DNA of 64,000 nt from the NCBI RefSeq assembly GCF_009914755.1, contig NC_060936.1; one strand, written 5' to 3'. This stretch comes from the human T2T-CHM13v2.0 reference genome, Homo sapiens. The notes below the pieces were generated by a model. The model had not been told where the DNA came from and searched no databases. It saw nothing but the letters and a program-made list of their open reading frames with translations. Position numbers and translations under genes: made by a program. Below are positions 48,861-64,000 of this stretch, in pieces (the stretch's first letter is position 1; the number at the start of each line of letters is the position of its first letter).

Positions 48861-49150
48861 GTGAGTTAAATTTCCTAAAATTGTCCTAACCTCTTGGCAA
48901 CAAATAAAGTACATCTTTCCCGGTTCTTGGTAGAATGCTGTATGTGCTTTTTCCAATAGTTTTAATTTTTGCCTGGCTGAAAATTATTTTTTTCATGAAG
49001 TACATATCTCTTTGAAAACTTTGCATGTAATATAATCTGACCTAAAACCAAGGCCTGAACTTTAAGACAAAGATGCTTTCTCTTTGAAAACAATATGATT
49101 AATTTAATCTCAGTTTATTTTTAACTGCATGTGAAAATATTACTTTCTAG

Positions 49151-49279
49151 GCGGAATGGGTAGCCTTGAATTATGTGCCGTTTGCTGAAAGGTCTTTAGA
49201 AGTAGTTGTGGATTTATACCAAAAAACAGCGTGTCACAAAGCAGTGGTGAATGAGAAAGTGCTCCAGAATATTATTAAG
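49151..49279 (+). CDS. MON2: MON2 coding exon (AEWVALNYV...QNIIK), 129 nt
   Basis: ctttctag acceptor, AAG|gtatct donor. Confidence 0.95.
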
Positions 49280-49514
49280 GTATCTTTTTTTCATTTCTAC
49301 ACTTTCATTAGATGGTGTGAACATTATTGAAATTATTCCTTAGGTAATACATTATCATTATATTGGGATAAATAGAAAATACAATTTGTAGTATTATTTG
49401 TAATGACTTTTCTCCAATATTCATGAATTGTATTTAGCAAGCCATTTTTCTAAAAGTTCTTTTTAGTGAAAAATATTTTAACATAAATATGCATTAAATT
49501 TGTTACAGTTCTTA

Positions 49515-49720
49515 ATGAGAACACATGGACACAGGAAGGGGAGCATCACACACCGGGGCCTGTTGTGGGGTGGGGGGAGGGGGAGGGATAGCATTAGGAG
49601 AGATACCTAATGTAAATGATGAGTTAATGGGTGCAGCACACCAACATGGCACATGTATACATATGTAACAAACCTGCATGTTGTGCACATGTACCCTAAA
49701 ACTTAAAGTATAATTAAAAA
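49515..49720 (+). mobile_element. Young 5'-truncated L1PA 3' end (about 205 bp)
   Basis: gagaacacatggacacagg...acttaaagtataatt-A; perfect 19-bp TSD aaatttgttacagttctta (49496-49514, 49721-49739). Confidence 0.93.
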
Positions 49721-51169
49721 AAATTTGTTACAGTTCTTACATTTTCCCACATAACCCAGTGAGGGGGTTTCTTAGGACAATATTCCTCAAGGTTCAAGAT
49801 TGATGAGCATTCAGAGAGAAATTCACAATGCAGCCCATACACTTAACTGAACATGCATGCTGACTTTTTTAAAGCCACTTTTTTAGTATATGGACAGCCA
49901 TTTAAAAGATTCTTGTTGATTGTGTTCCATTCCTCTAAGGCTTATTTCTTGTTTTTCCCTCTGTTTTGAAGGACTAGCCCTAAACCTTGTTCTTCCTCTA
50001 GCATGTGGATGTACCTTATATTGATTGTATAAATACCAGACCAACTTGAGCTGTCTTCTCTAAAGACTCATCTATCCCAACCTTTCTTCATTGGTGATTA
50101 TTTTCATTTTTCTTTCAGCCATCTCATACAAGGATTCTTAAGCCTTGGATACTACAAGAATTTTCTCTCAACTGTACTTACTACTCAAATTGTCATCCTC
50201 TTTCAGCTTTCCTTTATTTCCATATCCCTTAAACAGTTTGTGGCCTTCACCTAGTCACCACTCACTCTTTGCCTGTTGTGTGTTGGCTTACGTCCATATT
50301 GCTCCACAGAAACTGCTTTCTTAAACTTACAAAAGACCAAATCTTCACATCCTCAGTCCTTCTCTAATGATTTATCTTCCCTATAGCATGGTACTGGCCT
50401 TCTGAAACCTGAGCCTTCTGAAAGCTCTTTCTTCCCTTGACTTTCACGATACTTTTCTCTCCTCACTGCTTACCTCACCAAAACTATCCTCTCACTTTAT
50501 TTATTGAGCATATTTTTGAAGCATCTTTCTACAAGGTGCTAGCAATTTTAAAATGAATAAAATGATTCTTAGATTTAATAATTCAATATGGAGAATAAAG
50601 AAAGGCAAACAAGTAATACTACAGTATGTTAAGTGCTAGGTAAAGACCATAGTGGAGGCTTTGCATTCAGATAGCCTGACTTCGAATAGTCCACTGTTAC
50701 TGGCTTACTGCTTTATGACTTTTGGCAAATAGACCTATCTGAGCATGTTTCTCGTCTTTAAAAGAAGGATAATACCAATACTACTTACATGTCTTACCTA
50801 TAATGAGAGAATCCATTGAGATACAGCATTTAATGATGCTTGCCAAGTAGTCAGTGCTGAATAAAAATTGAGTTCCTCTGAAAGACAAAAAACTAAGTCA
50901 ACTGCTGAGGGGATTTGGGCAAGAATTAATAGAGATGACACTTGAAAAAGTTAAGAGTTAGGTTAAAAAGGGGGAGGCAGGTATTATAGGTAAATTAAGC
51001 CGTGTTAAAGATCATGGTATATTTTTAAGAAATGTTGAGAAATTTAGTTCAGAACCTGGGATATGTCTGAAAACATAACTGTTGGTCTTCTAAGCCATCA
51101 TAAGATCAGACTTTATTCTTTAACCATTGAAGGATTAAACACTACAAAGTAATATGAATCAGTTTGTGT

Positions 51170-51780
51170 ATTTTTATTTTTTTTAGAGACAGAGTTTTAT
51201 TCTGTCACCCAGGCAGGAGTGGAGTGGCATAATTATAGCTTATTGCGGCCTCAAGCTCCTGATCTCATGTGATCTTCCTGCCTCAGCCTCCCAAGTCGCT
51301 GGGACTACAGGTGGGCACCACCACCCCCAGCTGATTTTTAAATTTTTTATAGAGACTGGATCTTGCTTTGTTGCCCAGGCTGGTCTCAAACTCCTGGCCT
51401 CAGGCAGTCCTCTAACCTCCTTCTCCCAAAGCACTAGGATTGTAGGTGTGAGCCACTGTGCCTGGCCTCAGTTTATATATATGTATACATCTTTTTTCTT
51501 TTTTTTGAGACAGACTCTTGCTCTATTGCCTGGGCTGGAGTGCAGTGGCTCAGTCACTGCAGTCTCCACCTCCCGGGTTCAAGCAGTTCTCCTGCCTCAG
51601 CCCCCTGAGTAGCTGGGAATACAGGCACACACCACCACGCATGGCTAATTTTTGTATTTTTAGTAGAGACGGGGTTTCACCTTGTTGGCTAGGCAGGTTT
51701 TGAACTCTTGCCCTCAAGTGATCCGCTCACCTCAGCCTCCCAAAGTGCTGGGATTAAAGGCATGAAACACCATGCCGAGC
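51170..51780 (-). mobile_element. Two tandem antisense Alus (J-like 51170-51467; S-like 51492-51780)
   Basis: direct reading. Confidence 0.88.
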
Positions 51781-52109
51781 CACTCAGTTTGTATTTTTAA
51801 AGGAGTTAAATGATCTCTTTTCTATAATCCCATTTCATTGATGCCACTTACCACATTGTTTTGTGGTTAATTGGACAAGGCTCTTTCTCCAAAATTGTGA
51901 ACCTTGTGGTGACAGGCAATTACTGAGCACATACTGTATACCACTTCCTGTTTAGATGTGTAAACATTTTTAAAAATAAAATATATAAATTGAATGGATC
52001 TGCTATGCTTAATGTTTTTCTTGATTTTAATAAAATATCAATTGCAGTAGCAAACCATACTTTTCTTTTATCTTAGCTTGAGTTATAAAATGTAAACTCA
52101 AAATGGCCC

Positions 52110-52640
52110 TATATCACTTAGTATTCTTTTGGTTGCAAATGACATACACTCAGGCTCTGACTAGCTTTAACAATAAAGGGAACTTTTGGGCATGCTTAAT
52201 TGGAAAATTCAAAGATAGAGGAAGGCCATTATGACTGGCTGATCCAGTGGTTCAGCAGTATCATCAAAAACCACATTTCTTTCTCCAGAAAGTTCTGCTA
52301 AGAATTGACCATATCGTTTCTCTTCATAGCTGTAGGCCAGTAACAAGATTATATGTCCAATAGGAAGAGAGAGAGGAAGAGAGAGAGTGTGTATGTTCCT
52401 GCATACACACATTCACACACTTCTATTCTTCTTCTTAAGTTCCTAAAATTAATTTTTAGTGGATCAACTTTGGTCCCATACCCACTCTTGAACCAATGAT
52501 TATGGCCAGGGAAATTGATTGGATTCATTGGCTTAATCAACTCATCATCTCTTTGCCTGAATTCCCAAACTGGAAGTAGGGACAGTTCCTCCCAAAGCAC
52601 ATGGATTATATGGAGGTGGAAGGAGGGGAAGGGGATAAAT
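52110..52640 (-). mobile_element. Old MLT1 (K/L-like) LTR
   Basis: ttcttttggttgcaaatgaca...cccactcttgaaccaat...attgattgg. Confidence 0.55.
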
Positions 52641-53540
52641 AGATTCTGGGTGTGCTAATTATCTGTTAATGAAGGCACATTTCAAGCTAATATGTAATGG
52701 TTAATATGTATATTGTATGAGTATTCAGTAATAATTTGTGTGGAAGATGATGATATTTGGTTTTATGTCCTTGAAATATGAAAATTTTTCTACTTTTAGA
52801 CCCAAATTTTTACGTAACAGCAGAATTTTTACTCTAATGCAAATTGCCTGACAGTATGCCAAAACTGTTTGTCAGTGGTGCTGTGTGTTAGTTCATTATG
52901 ATGTTTTGGTTAATCTAGTGTTCTAATTGCAAGATAGAACTGTGATCAGAGAAATTCATTCTGAACCACCAAATTAGTTCTTTTAATAAATAAAAGCCAC
53001 CTGTCTCAAAAGTTGATCAGTTGAAAAGAGAAGTCACTATACTTAGTCACTATATATCTAGTCACTGTACATGACTCAAACGCTCTACTCCTGTACCCCT
53101 CAATGGTCAAATCTTAAATTATCAGTTTTACTGAACTATTTGGAGAAGGAAAAAAGTACACAAAAATAGAAGTAAAAAAGTACACAAAAATATTAGAGTA
53201 GGATATAAAATTCAAATAATTTTACAGATAGAACATACAACTTCAAAGTATTGACATTTTATGTTGTGTTTACTCTTCCCTCACCATTAGTGGGAAAATA
53301 CAGTCATGTACTGCTTAAGGACCGAGATACGTTCTGAGAGATGCATCATTAGGCCGTTTCATCGTTGTCTGAACATCATAGTGTACTTACACAAACCTAG
53401 ATGATATAGCCTACTTCACACCTATGCTATATGGTCTAACCTATATATGTGGCAGATGACTGCATAAGCAATATTGACCCTTTGCATATGGGATATCCAC
53501 ATCAGCCAAATTATTTTTTGCTGGAATAACTATGGCAGAA

Positions 53541-53857
53541 TTTTCTTTTTCTTTTTTTTTTTTTTTTTTTTTTTTTTTTGAGACAGAGTCTCACTCTGTT
53601 GCCGGGCTGGAGTACAGTGGTGTGATCTCGGCTCACTGCAACCTCTGCCTCCCGGGTTCAAGCGATTCTCTGCCTCAGCCTCCTGAGTAGCTGGGACTAT
53701 AGGCACGTGCCACCACACCCAGCTCATTTTTGTATTTTTAGTAGAGATGAGGTTTCACCATGTTGGCCCAGATGGTCTTGATCTCTTGACCTCGTGATCC
53801 ACCCACCTTGGCCTCCCAAAGTGCTGCGATTACAGGCGTGAGCCACCACGCTTGGCC
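53541..53857 (-). mobile_element. AluS (Sc-like)
   Basis: TSD cagaattttc. Confidence 0.9.
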
Positions 53858-54219
53858 AGAATTTTCTAATCCATAACATCGGGTTAAGAAAAGGTACAGA
53901 ATTGTGTTTCCTTCTCTTAACTTTTCAGATAATATCCCTATTATTTATGATGAAAAACTGAGGTTCAAAAATGTTATTTATGTAGGCTCATTGTTTATAA
54001 GATAGAGATAGGATTTAAAAGTATATCTTTCCAGGCAGTATTTGAGGACTACGTCTGAGAATTGGCCTTTCTGCGAAATAACATCCTTTTTAAATGAAAA
54101 TACCATCCTTTTTAAGATGAAAATACCTATGCTATTTTTTCTCTGCTGTAGTTTTTCTTAATTAAAATTGTGTGTGTATGTTTTAATTAATGCTTATATT
54201 AAACTGTCTTTATTTTCAG

Positions 54220-54410
54220 ACTCTTAGGGTTCCTCTCAGTTTGAAGTATTCCTGCCCTTCTGAAAGCACATGGAAACTAGCAGTATCCTCTCTCCTCAGA
54301 GTTCTTTCTATTGGGCTACCTGTTGCCCGGCAGCATGCTTCTTCTGGAAAATTTGACAGTATGTGGCCAGAACTAGCCAATACTTTTGAAGATTTTCTCT
54401 TTACTAAAAG
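54220..54410 (+). CDS. MON2: MON2 coding exon (TLRVPLSLK...FLFTKS), 191 nt
   Basis: attttcag acceptor, AAG|gtcagc donor; ORF 54190..54504. Confidence 0.95.
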
Positions 54411-54964
54411 GTCAGCTCATTCATTTTTAAAATTAAGACAAGAAGTGGCACATTATATCTTCAGTTGCTCTAAAAACAGTTGTCTTTATTCATTAACAAA
54501 GTAATTGATTATAAAGGTTGCTAGATTGTATTAAAAACACACCTGAATTAGCCATTTATCCATTGGGTACATTATCCATGAACAATGGAGATTTTTGCTT
54601 TTTGTATTTTTGCTTATAAGACAGGAATATTATATATAAAACAATACAAATGCATCATATTTAAGAATTTTAACTTAATAAAACTAAGAAGATTCAGTTT
54701 TTAATTTGATGCCCATTGGGCATTGCAAGAGAAAAACAATGTTAGAAAATCAGTGTATTACCAGAATAAATAGGATGAGTGGCAATATAATGATCAGCTC
54801 TTTAAGATGTTTAGATTTGTCAAAGATTAACAATTTTCATTGTATGGTATCTAATTTAAAGCTTGTATTTAGGATGCTATTTCAACCCCTCACTGAACTA
54901 CTTACTGTAGGATGATTGGAACACAGACTACATTTTTTGAATGAAGAATTTGCTGAGGTCCATC

Positions 54965-58012
<3,048 letters not shown>

Positions 58013-58759
58013 TCATGGACAGCTTATACTGGATAAAGCCAGTTTAGTTTTTGTTTCATAGTTCAAAAATACTTTAAGGCTCAAATTGAAAGCTTTTATT
58101 GGTCAGTTGATACTAAAAGTGCAGTGTTAAGAGAACTTAAAAACCATGCACATTTTCAGTTTCATAACAGGTTTTCTCTTTGTTTTTATTTTCTAAATAA
58201 TTGATAACTTTGGAGGTCATAAACTTTTAGATTTTAAACCTTACTTAATGCCACATATGTACTATGTTCTATAGCTGAAGTTTATCAGTAGTGTTTGAAC
58301 AGTAGGAAGATTGTTTTGGAAAGTTGCTTGGAATAGCAAGACTTAATGAATTTAAATAAGACTAATACTTGATTATTTTTTATATTGGTACCTTTATAAA
58401 TCCTTTAACCTAATTAATACATACTCTAAGACTTTAAGAATAAACATATCTCTGTCTGTAATATTCCCCAAACTTTTTGATCTGCAAGATGCTTTGGCAA
58501 GGGAATACAATAACACAGAAAATACAAATAAAATGAACTAGCAGAAAAGAAAGCCTTTGCATGTCGTTGAGGGCTATAAGTAAACAGTTTAAGAGAAAGA
58601 AAAAGACAAAGTTGAAAAACACAAGGACTGCAATTTGGTAGACACTTGAAGTCTATTAGAAATTCATTTAGCCAACTTTGAGTACCAAAACATGGTAGTT
58701 ATAAAGGAGACACAATGGGTGAGTGGGAAGTTACACAATCTGTGGACCTTACATTAAAA

Positions 58760-59320
58760 ATCACAAAGTACTGTGCAAAAGAATTGAAAACACATGTTTA
58801 CACAAAAACTTGTACACTAATGTTCATAGCAGTGTTATTCATAGTAGCAAAAAAGTGAAATTGAATGTAATATATTCAATATTCAATATATTGAATGTAA
58901 TATAGTAGCAAAAAAGACAAATTGAATGTAATGTATTCATACAGTGGAACATTATTCAGCCATAAAAAAGAATGAAGTGCTAATGCATGCTCAAACATGG
59001 ATGAACATTTACAACATAATGCTAAGCGGAAGAAACTAGACACAAAAGGCTATATATTGTATGATCTTGTTTATGGGATATATCCAGAGTAACAAATCCA
59101 TAGAGACAAAGTAGATTTATGGTTCCCAGGAGTTGAGGGGAAGGGAGATGAGGGAGAGTGACTGCTAATGGGTACAGATCTTTTTGGGGGGGTGATCAAA
59201 ATGTTCTGGAATTAGAAATGGTGATGGTTGTACAACTTTATGAATATACTAAGGAACACTAAATTGTATATTTTAAAAGGGTGAATTTTATAATATATAG
59301 ATTATATTGCAACAAAAATT
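58760..59320 (+). mobile_element. L1MB-like 3' end
   Basis: cacaaaaacttgtac...attattcagccataaaaaagaatgaag...gtgatggttgtacaac. Confidence 0.8.
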
Positions 59321-59760
59321 TTAATATGTCATACAGAGAGAACTGACAAAATACAAATAACACTTTATAAGTTTGAAGGCTCTTTTTTATTTTAAATAAA
59401 GATTCATGAAAATAAATTTTTAAAGATTACTGTAGTTTTCAAATTTAAGGAATTTAAGATCTTACATGGCTTATTTGTAACCTGCAGTATTGACCATTGC
59501 CCCTTATAATTTATAGGTAAATTCTGTTAATCAGCATTTTTAAAAGCTCAATCGATGTTTTTGATATGTTTGCTAGTTATAAATTAAATAACTATTAGTT
59601 ATCCAGTTTTTAGTTTTGTATGCTACTCTCTTCCCTCATCATATGATATTTTAAAAATCTAGTTCAGTGTTTCTGATATATGATCCAAATAGTATTAATA
59701 TTATTAATGTGTTGAAATAAACACACTAATACACCTTAGCACACAGTATACACACTAAAA

Positions 59761-59835
59761 GTATTAATATTGTTAGTGTGTATATTTCTATAAACACTAA
59801 TAATATAGAAATATACACACTAATAATATTAATAT
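59761..59835. repeat. 32-bp inverted repeat with 11-nt loop
   Basis: arms 59761-59792 and 59804-59835; 30/32 Watson-Crick plus 2 G-T. Confidence 0.92.
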
Positions 59836-61272
59836 TATTTTATTATTTTTGCCTCTTCATTTTTTGTTGATCATCAACTCATCCTTAGTTACCTCCACCA
59901 TCATCACAAATCTTTTAATATTACTAAACCCTTACCTTCCTTGGTTATAAATTAAAATTAAACACAACTTTTGTCTCTAGAGATGCAGATATAGTCTGTG
60001 AAGCTGCTTTGATGGCAGTGATTGTGAAATTCCTCTGATTGGTTCAGGTTTGGGTAAATTTCTTTCAGTTTTTTTACTCTAGTTCCTACTACCAATTTAT
60101 AGTTAGCTTAGGACTTGGACACCAGAATCTAAGTTCTATGAGAAATGGACTGAGTCTGTCCTGTTCACAGCTAGATCTTGAACACCCAAGAATATAATAC
60201 CTGATGCAAAGTAGTTGGTACTCAGTAGATATTTGTTGAATGAAAAATGTCCAAATCAAAGAAACCACAGTCTGATGCCCATATATTCCTATATACAAAA
60301 TTGTACATTATACTTAATATACAGAAGTGTATATTAAACCTAAATGTTCTAATACTATTTTTACATCTACAACATAAAAAAGAATAATGTAGGCTCAAAT
60401 ATCAGATAAATCTAGGTTGAGATTGTGGCCTCATCATTTACTTAAAGTGTGTTCTTGGGCATATTAGTAGGCATTCTAAGTTTCAGTTCCCTCTTCTCTT
60501 GATTATATAATAATTACTACATGGAATTGCTATGGGAGATTAATACAAATAAAGCTCATAGTACTGTGGCTGTCTAACTTTTTAGCTGTCATTATTCTAA
60601 CAGTTATTACTATCCTATTCTCAACTGTTTTTAAATAGTATCTTGCTGTTTTTTAACTTTATGTCCATTTTACTGTTCACTCTTATGAGCCACAGAGTCT
60701 GGAATCCACCTTGGTTCTCTCAGAACTATTGATTTTCTTTGTTCTTGTTGGAACAATTTTCTGCTTTAGAAAATCTGCATCAGTCTTCTTCTTTACAGAT
60801 TTTCCCTCTTTATTGTAAAGATCTTTAATCCATTGTATTTATTACAAATTAATGATTAATGGACTGTCTCTGAGTGAATAATTCAGCAGCTGAACTAAGG
60901 CTGTCTTAAATAACCACCAATATAAGTGAATTCAGGTAACACCACAATGGTAACTTTTGCTCTGCTGCAGATGATAGCTCTTTACCTTTCGTTGTTTTTT
61001 CATTCATAATATTGAAATAAGTTTAGTTCTACAGATTTTATTTAGTTCAAGATTGGACCTAGTGTTTTTGTAGTTAGAGTATCATGTTTGTAATTAGCTT
61101 AGTCATTTAAACTAATGACTTTAATTTACAACATTACTCTTTTAAATAAATAATAATGCCCCAACCTGGGTTGGAAGACATAATTTTTTGACATTTGAAT
61201 ACTGTTTTTCTATTTTGTTTGTATTTGCAGGGAATATTTTATCTTTAAAAATCAAGTGTTTTTTTTTTTTAG

Positions 61273-61333
61273 CATACCTCCAGATAATCTCTCTATTCAA
61301 GAGTTTCAAAGAAATGAAAATATTGATGTCGAG
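61273..61333 (+). CDS. MON2: MON2 coding exon (IPPDNLSIQ...NIDVE), 61 nt
   Basis: T12-ag acceptor, GAG|gtaagg donor; phases fit. Confidence 0.93.
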
Positions 61334-61781
61334 GTAAGGAGGCTATTTAAAATGTTTTCCTGTGACCATTTTTGAAACCAAATAGTAAAAATGTTTGAAC
61401 TATACAGTTGCTGAAAGAATAAAGTAATAGGTTAAGATTAAAACTGAAAGCATTAAAACTCTTACAGGTTAAACGTTGATGTTTAAAGGACTGGCATTTT
61501 AAAAGTGACTTCCTTAGATTTGTTACAGTCTTGTGCTTTGTGCGTGTTGTCCCAATACTTAGTTGTGTTCATTTAATAAGTTTAAAAAGAGTTTATTCGA
61601 TGAAATAAATCCATCAGTCAGGAGGCATATATTTGAGAGCTTACTCTGCAGTTTGACATACCAGATGTTTCTGGTTCAAATTAATCAGAAAGTTGCTTGA
61701 ATTTTTCAGTTTTTAATCAGCTGTATATACAGCCTATGGAATTCTTAAAGCAAATAGTGTTTTTTAAAGAATATATTTTGA

Positions 61782-62679
<898 letters not shown>

Positions 62680-63124
62680 CTACATGTTAGAGATAAACTA
62701 TTTGACAAAAATGAATATAACTTTAATTTCTCTTACAGCTGATAGTTTTTGGTTATAAAAAGTGATTTAAATGTTATTCTTAATCCTATTTTGAATATTT
62801 TAATTCTAACATGGGTAAATTTCATATGCTATTTTTCTCTAGAGCCCTATTTGCAGTTATCATGCTGAAGATCAACATTTGTCCAAATGGTTGGCATAGT
62901 AAACAGTTATGGTACTGACTATTTTGTATTAAAGTTACTAGGACAGATGAGAGAAACAGATTAGTAGTCATTCTGTATGTTAACATTAAAATGTTTGTGT
63001 ACTTCTTTAAAGGAGAGTTCTTTAACTGATTTTCATTTAAAGTAAAATTTAAATTTTACTCTAGAAATTATTTTAGTCTCTTTCAAAGAAAACAATACAT
63101 TTGCATTTGCCTCTTTTGTTTTAG

Positions 63125-63248
63125 GTAGTTCAACTTATCAGCAATGAGATACTACCTTATGCCAATTTTATTCCTAAGGAATTTGTTGGTCAAATAATGA
63201 CAATGCTTAACAAGGGCTCAATACATTCTCAGTCATCTTCATTTACAG
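63125..63248 (+). CDS. MON2: MON2 coding exon (VVQLISNEI...SSSFT), 124 nt
   Basis: gttttag acceptor, CAG|gtatgt donor. Confidence 0.95.
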
Positions 63249-64000
63249 GTATGTTAATTTTTTTAAGTATTAAAAAGTATTGAAGTACTTTTGAAGAAAC
63301 TGTCAGTAGAAATGTTTAATCCTATGATTTTGGTAATGTAAACTGGAGAATGGTAAGGTGATTTTTAGGATTGTAATATAGAACTAAGCTTTATGAGGAG
63401 AAATGTTATGACATGACTATTCTGTGGAATAGAATGTTTTTATTCCATGTTTCTATTCTGTGAAATACTGTGTTTCTGATCATATATCAGAAACACTGAA
63501 CTAAATTTTTTAAATATCATAACTGCAAACTGTGAAGAATTAAATTGCAAAGCACTTTATGGAATCCATGGATGTCACTGCAGGCTGACAGAAGTTACCA
63601 GTTTTGTGAAGTCATAGATTGGAAAGGAATATAAAAATATGAATGTATATTCTGCCACTTAGCAGTCAATTAACTTTTGAGTCTCAGTTTTGTAATCTTT
63701 AAAATGGAGATATTAATACCATCTTCTCAGGACTATAAATTACAGAGTTCATTTAAAAAAATAAGATGCCTCAACATTTTTTAAGGGAATTAACATTTAC
63801 TCAGTGCCAACTATGTACAAGATACTATGCTAGAATGTTATATTATTTCTCACAACATTTCTGTGAGGATAGGTAAGACCATATTACAGGAAAGAAAATT
63901 GATTTAGAAAGGTTGAAAAAATTGCTCACAATCTTAGGGCTAGAGGCCAAATTCATGCTTAAAAAGAACTACATGCTTCTTTTCATTATATCATGCTGCC

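Overview
AT-rich, Alu-dense primate (very likely human) genomic DNA lying entirely inside the MON2 gene on the + strand. MON2 is a Sec7/BIG-related HEAT-repeat scaffold of endosome-to-Golgi trafficking. I assembled 24 GT-AG coding exons (7292-63248; 3715 nt, about 1238 codons) whose phases chain into one open frame from VTECEIFL... to ...HSQSSSFT; the gene start and end lie outside the window. The introns hold about 37 Alus, L1/L2/MIR fragments, MaLR LTRs, Charlie1, Tigger1/3/4 and MER fossils, and a U6 retrocopy. There are no prokaryotic systems such as CRISPR. The main unexplained structure is a cluster of alternative RNA-processing signals: a candidate 3-nt (Lys) microexon and an 18-nt microexon with SRRM4/RBFOX-type motifs, an in-frame upstream acceptor whose frame depends on a T12 run, a candidate intronic poly(A) site, and an Alu-flanked stop-free two-exon circle. 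Other notable items are an unidentified retroposed mRNA 3' end inside Charlie1, a 32-bp hairpin, and local template-switch scars. Exon coordinates were read base by base; repeat boundaries and subfamilies are by-eye estimates.
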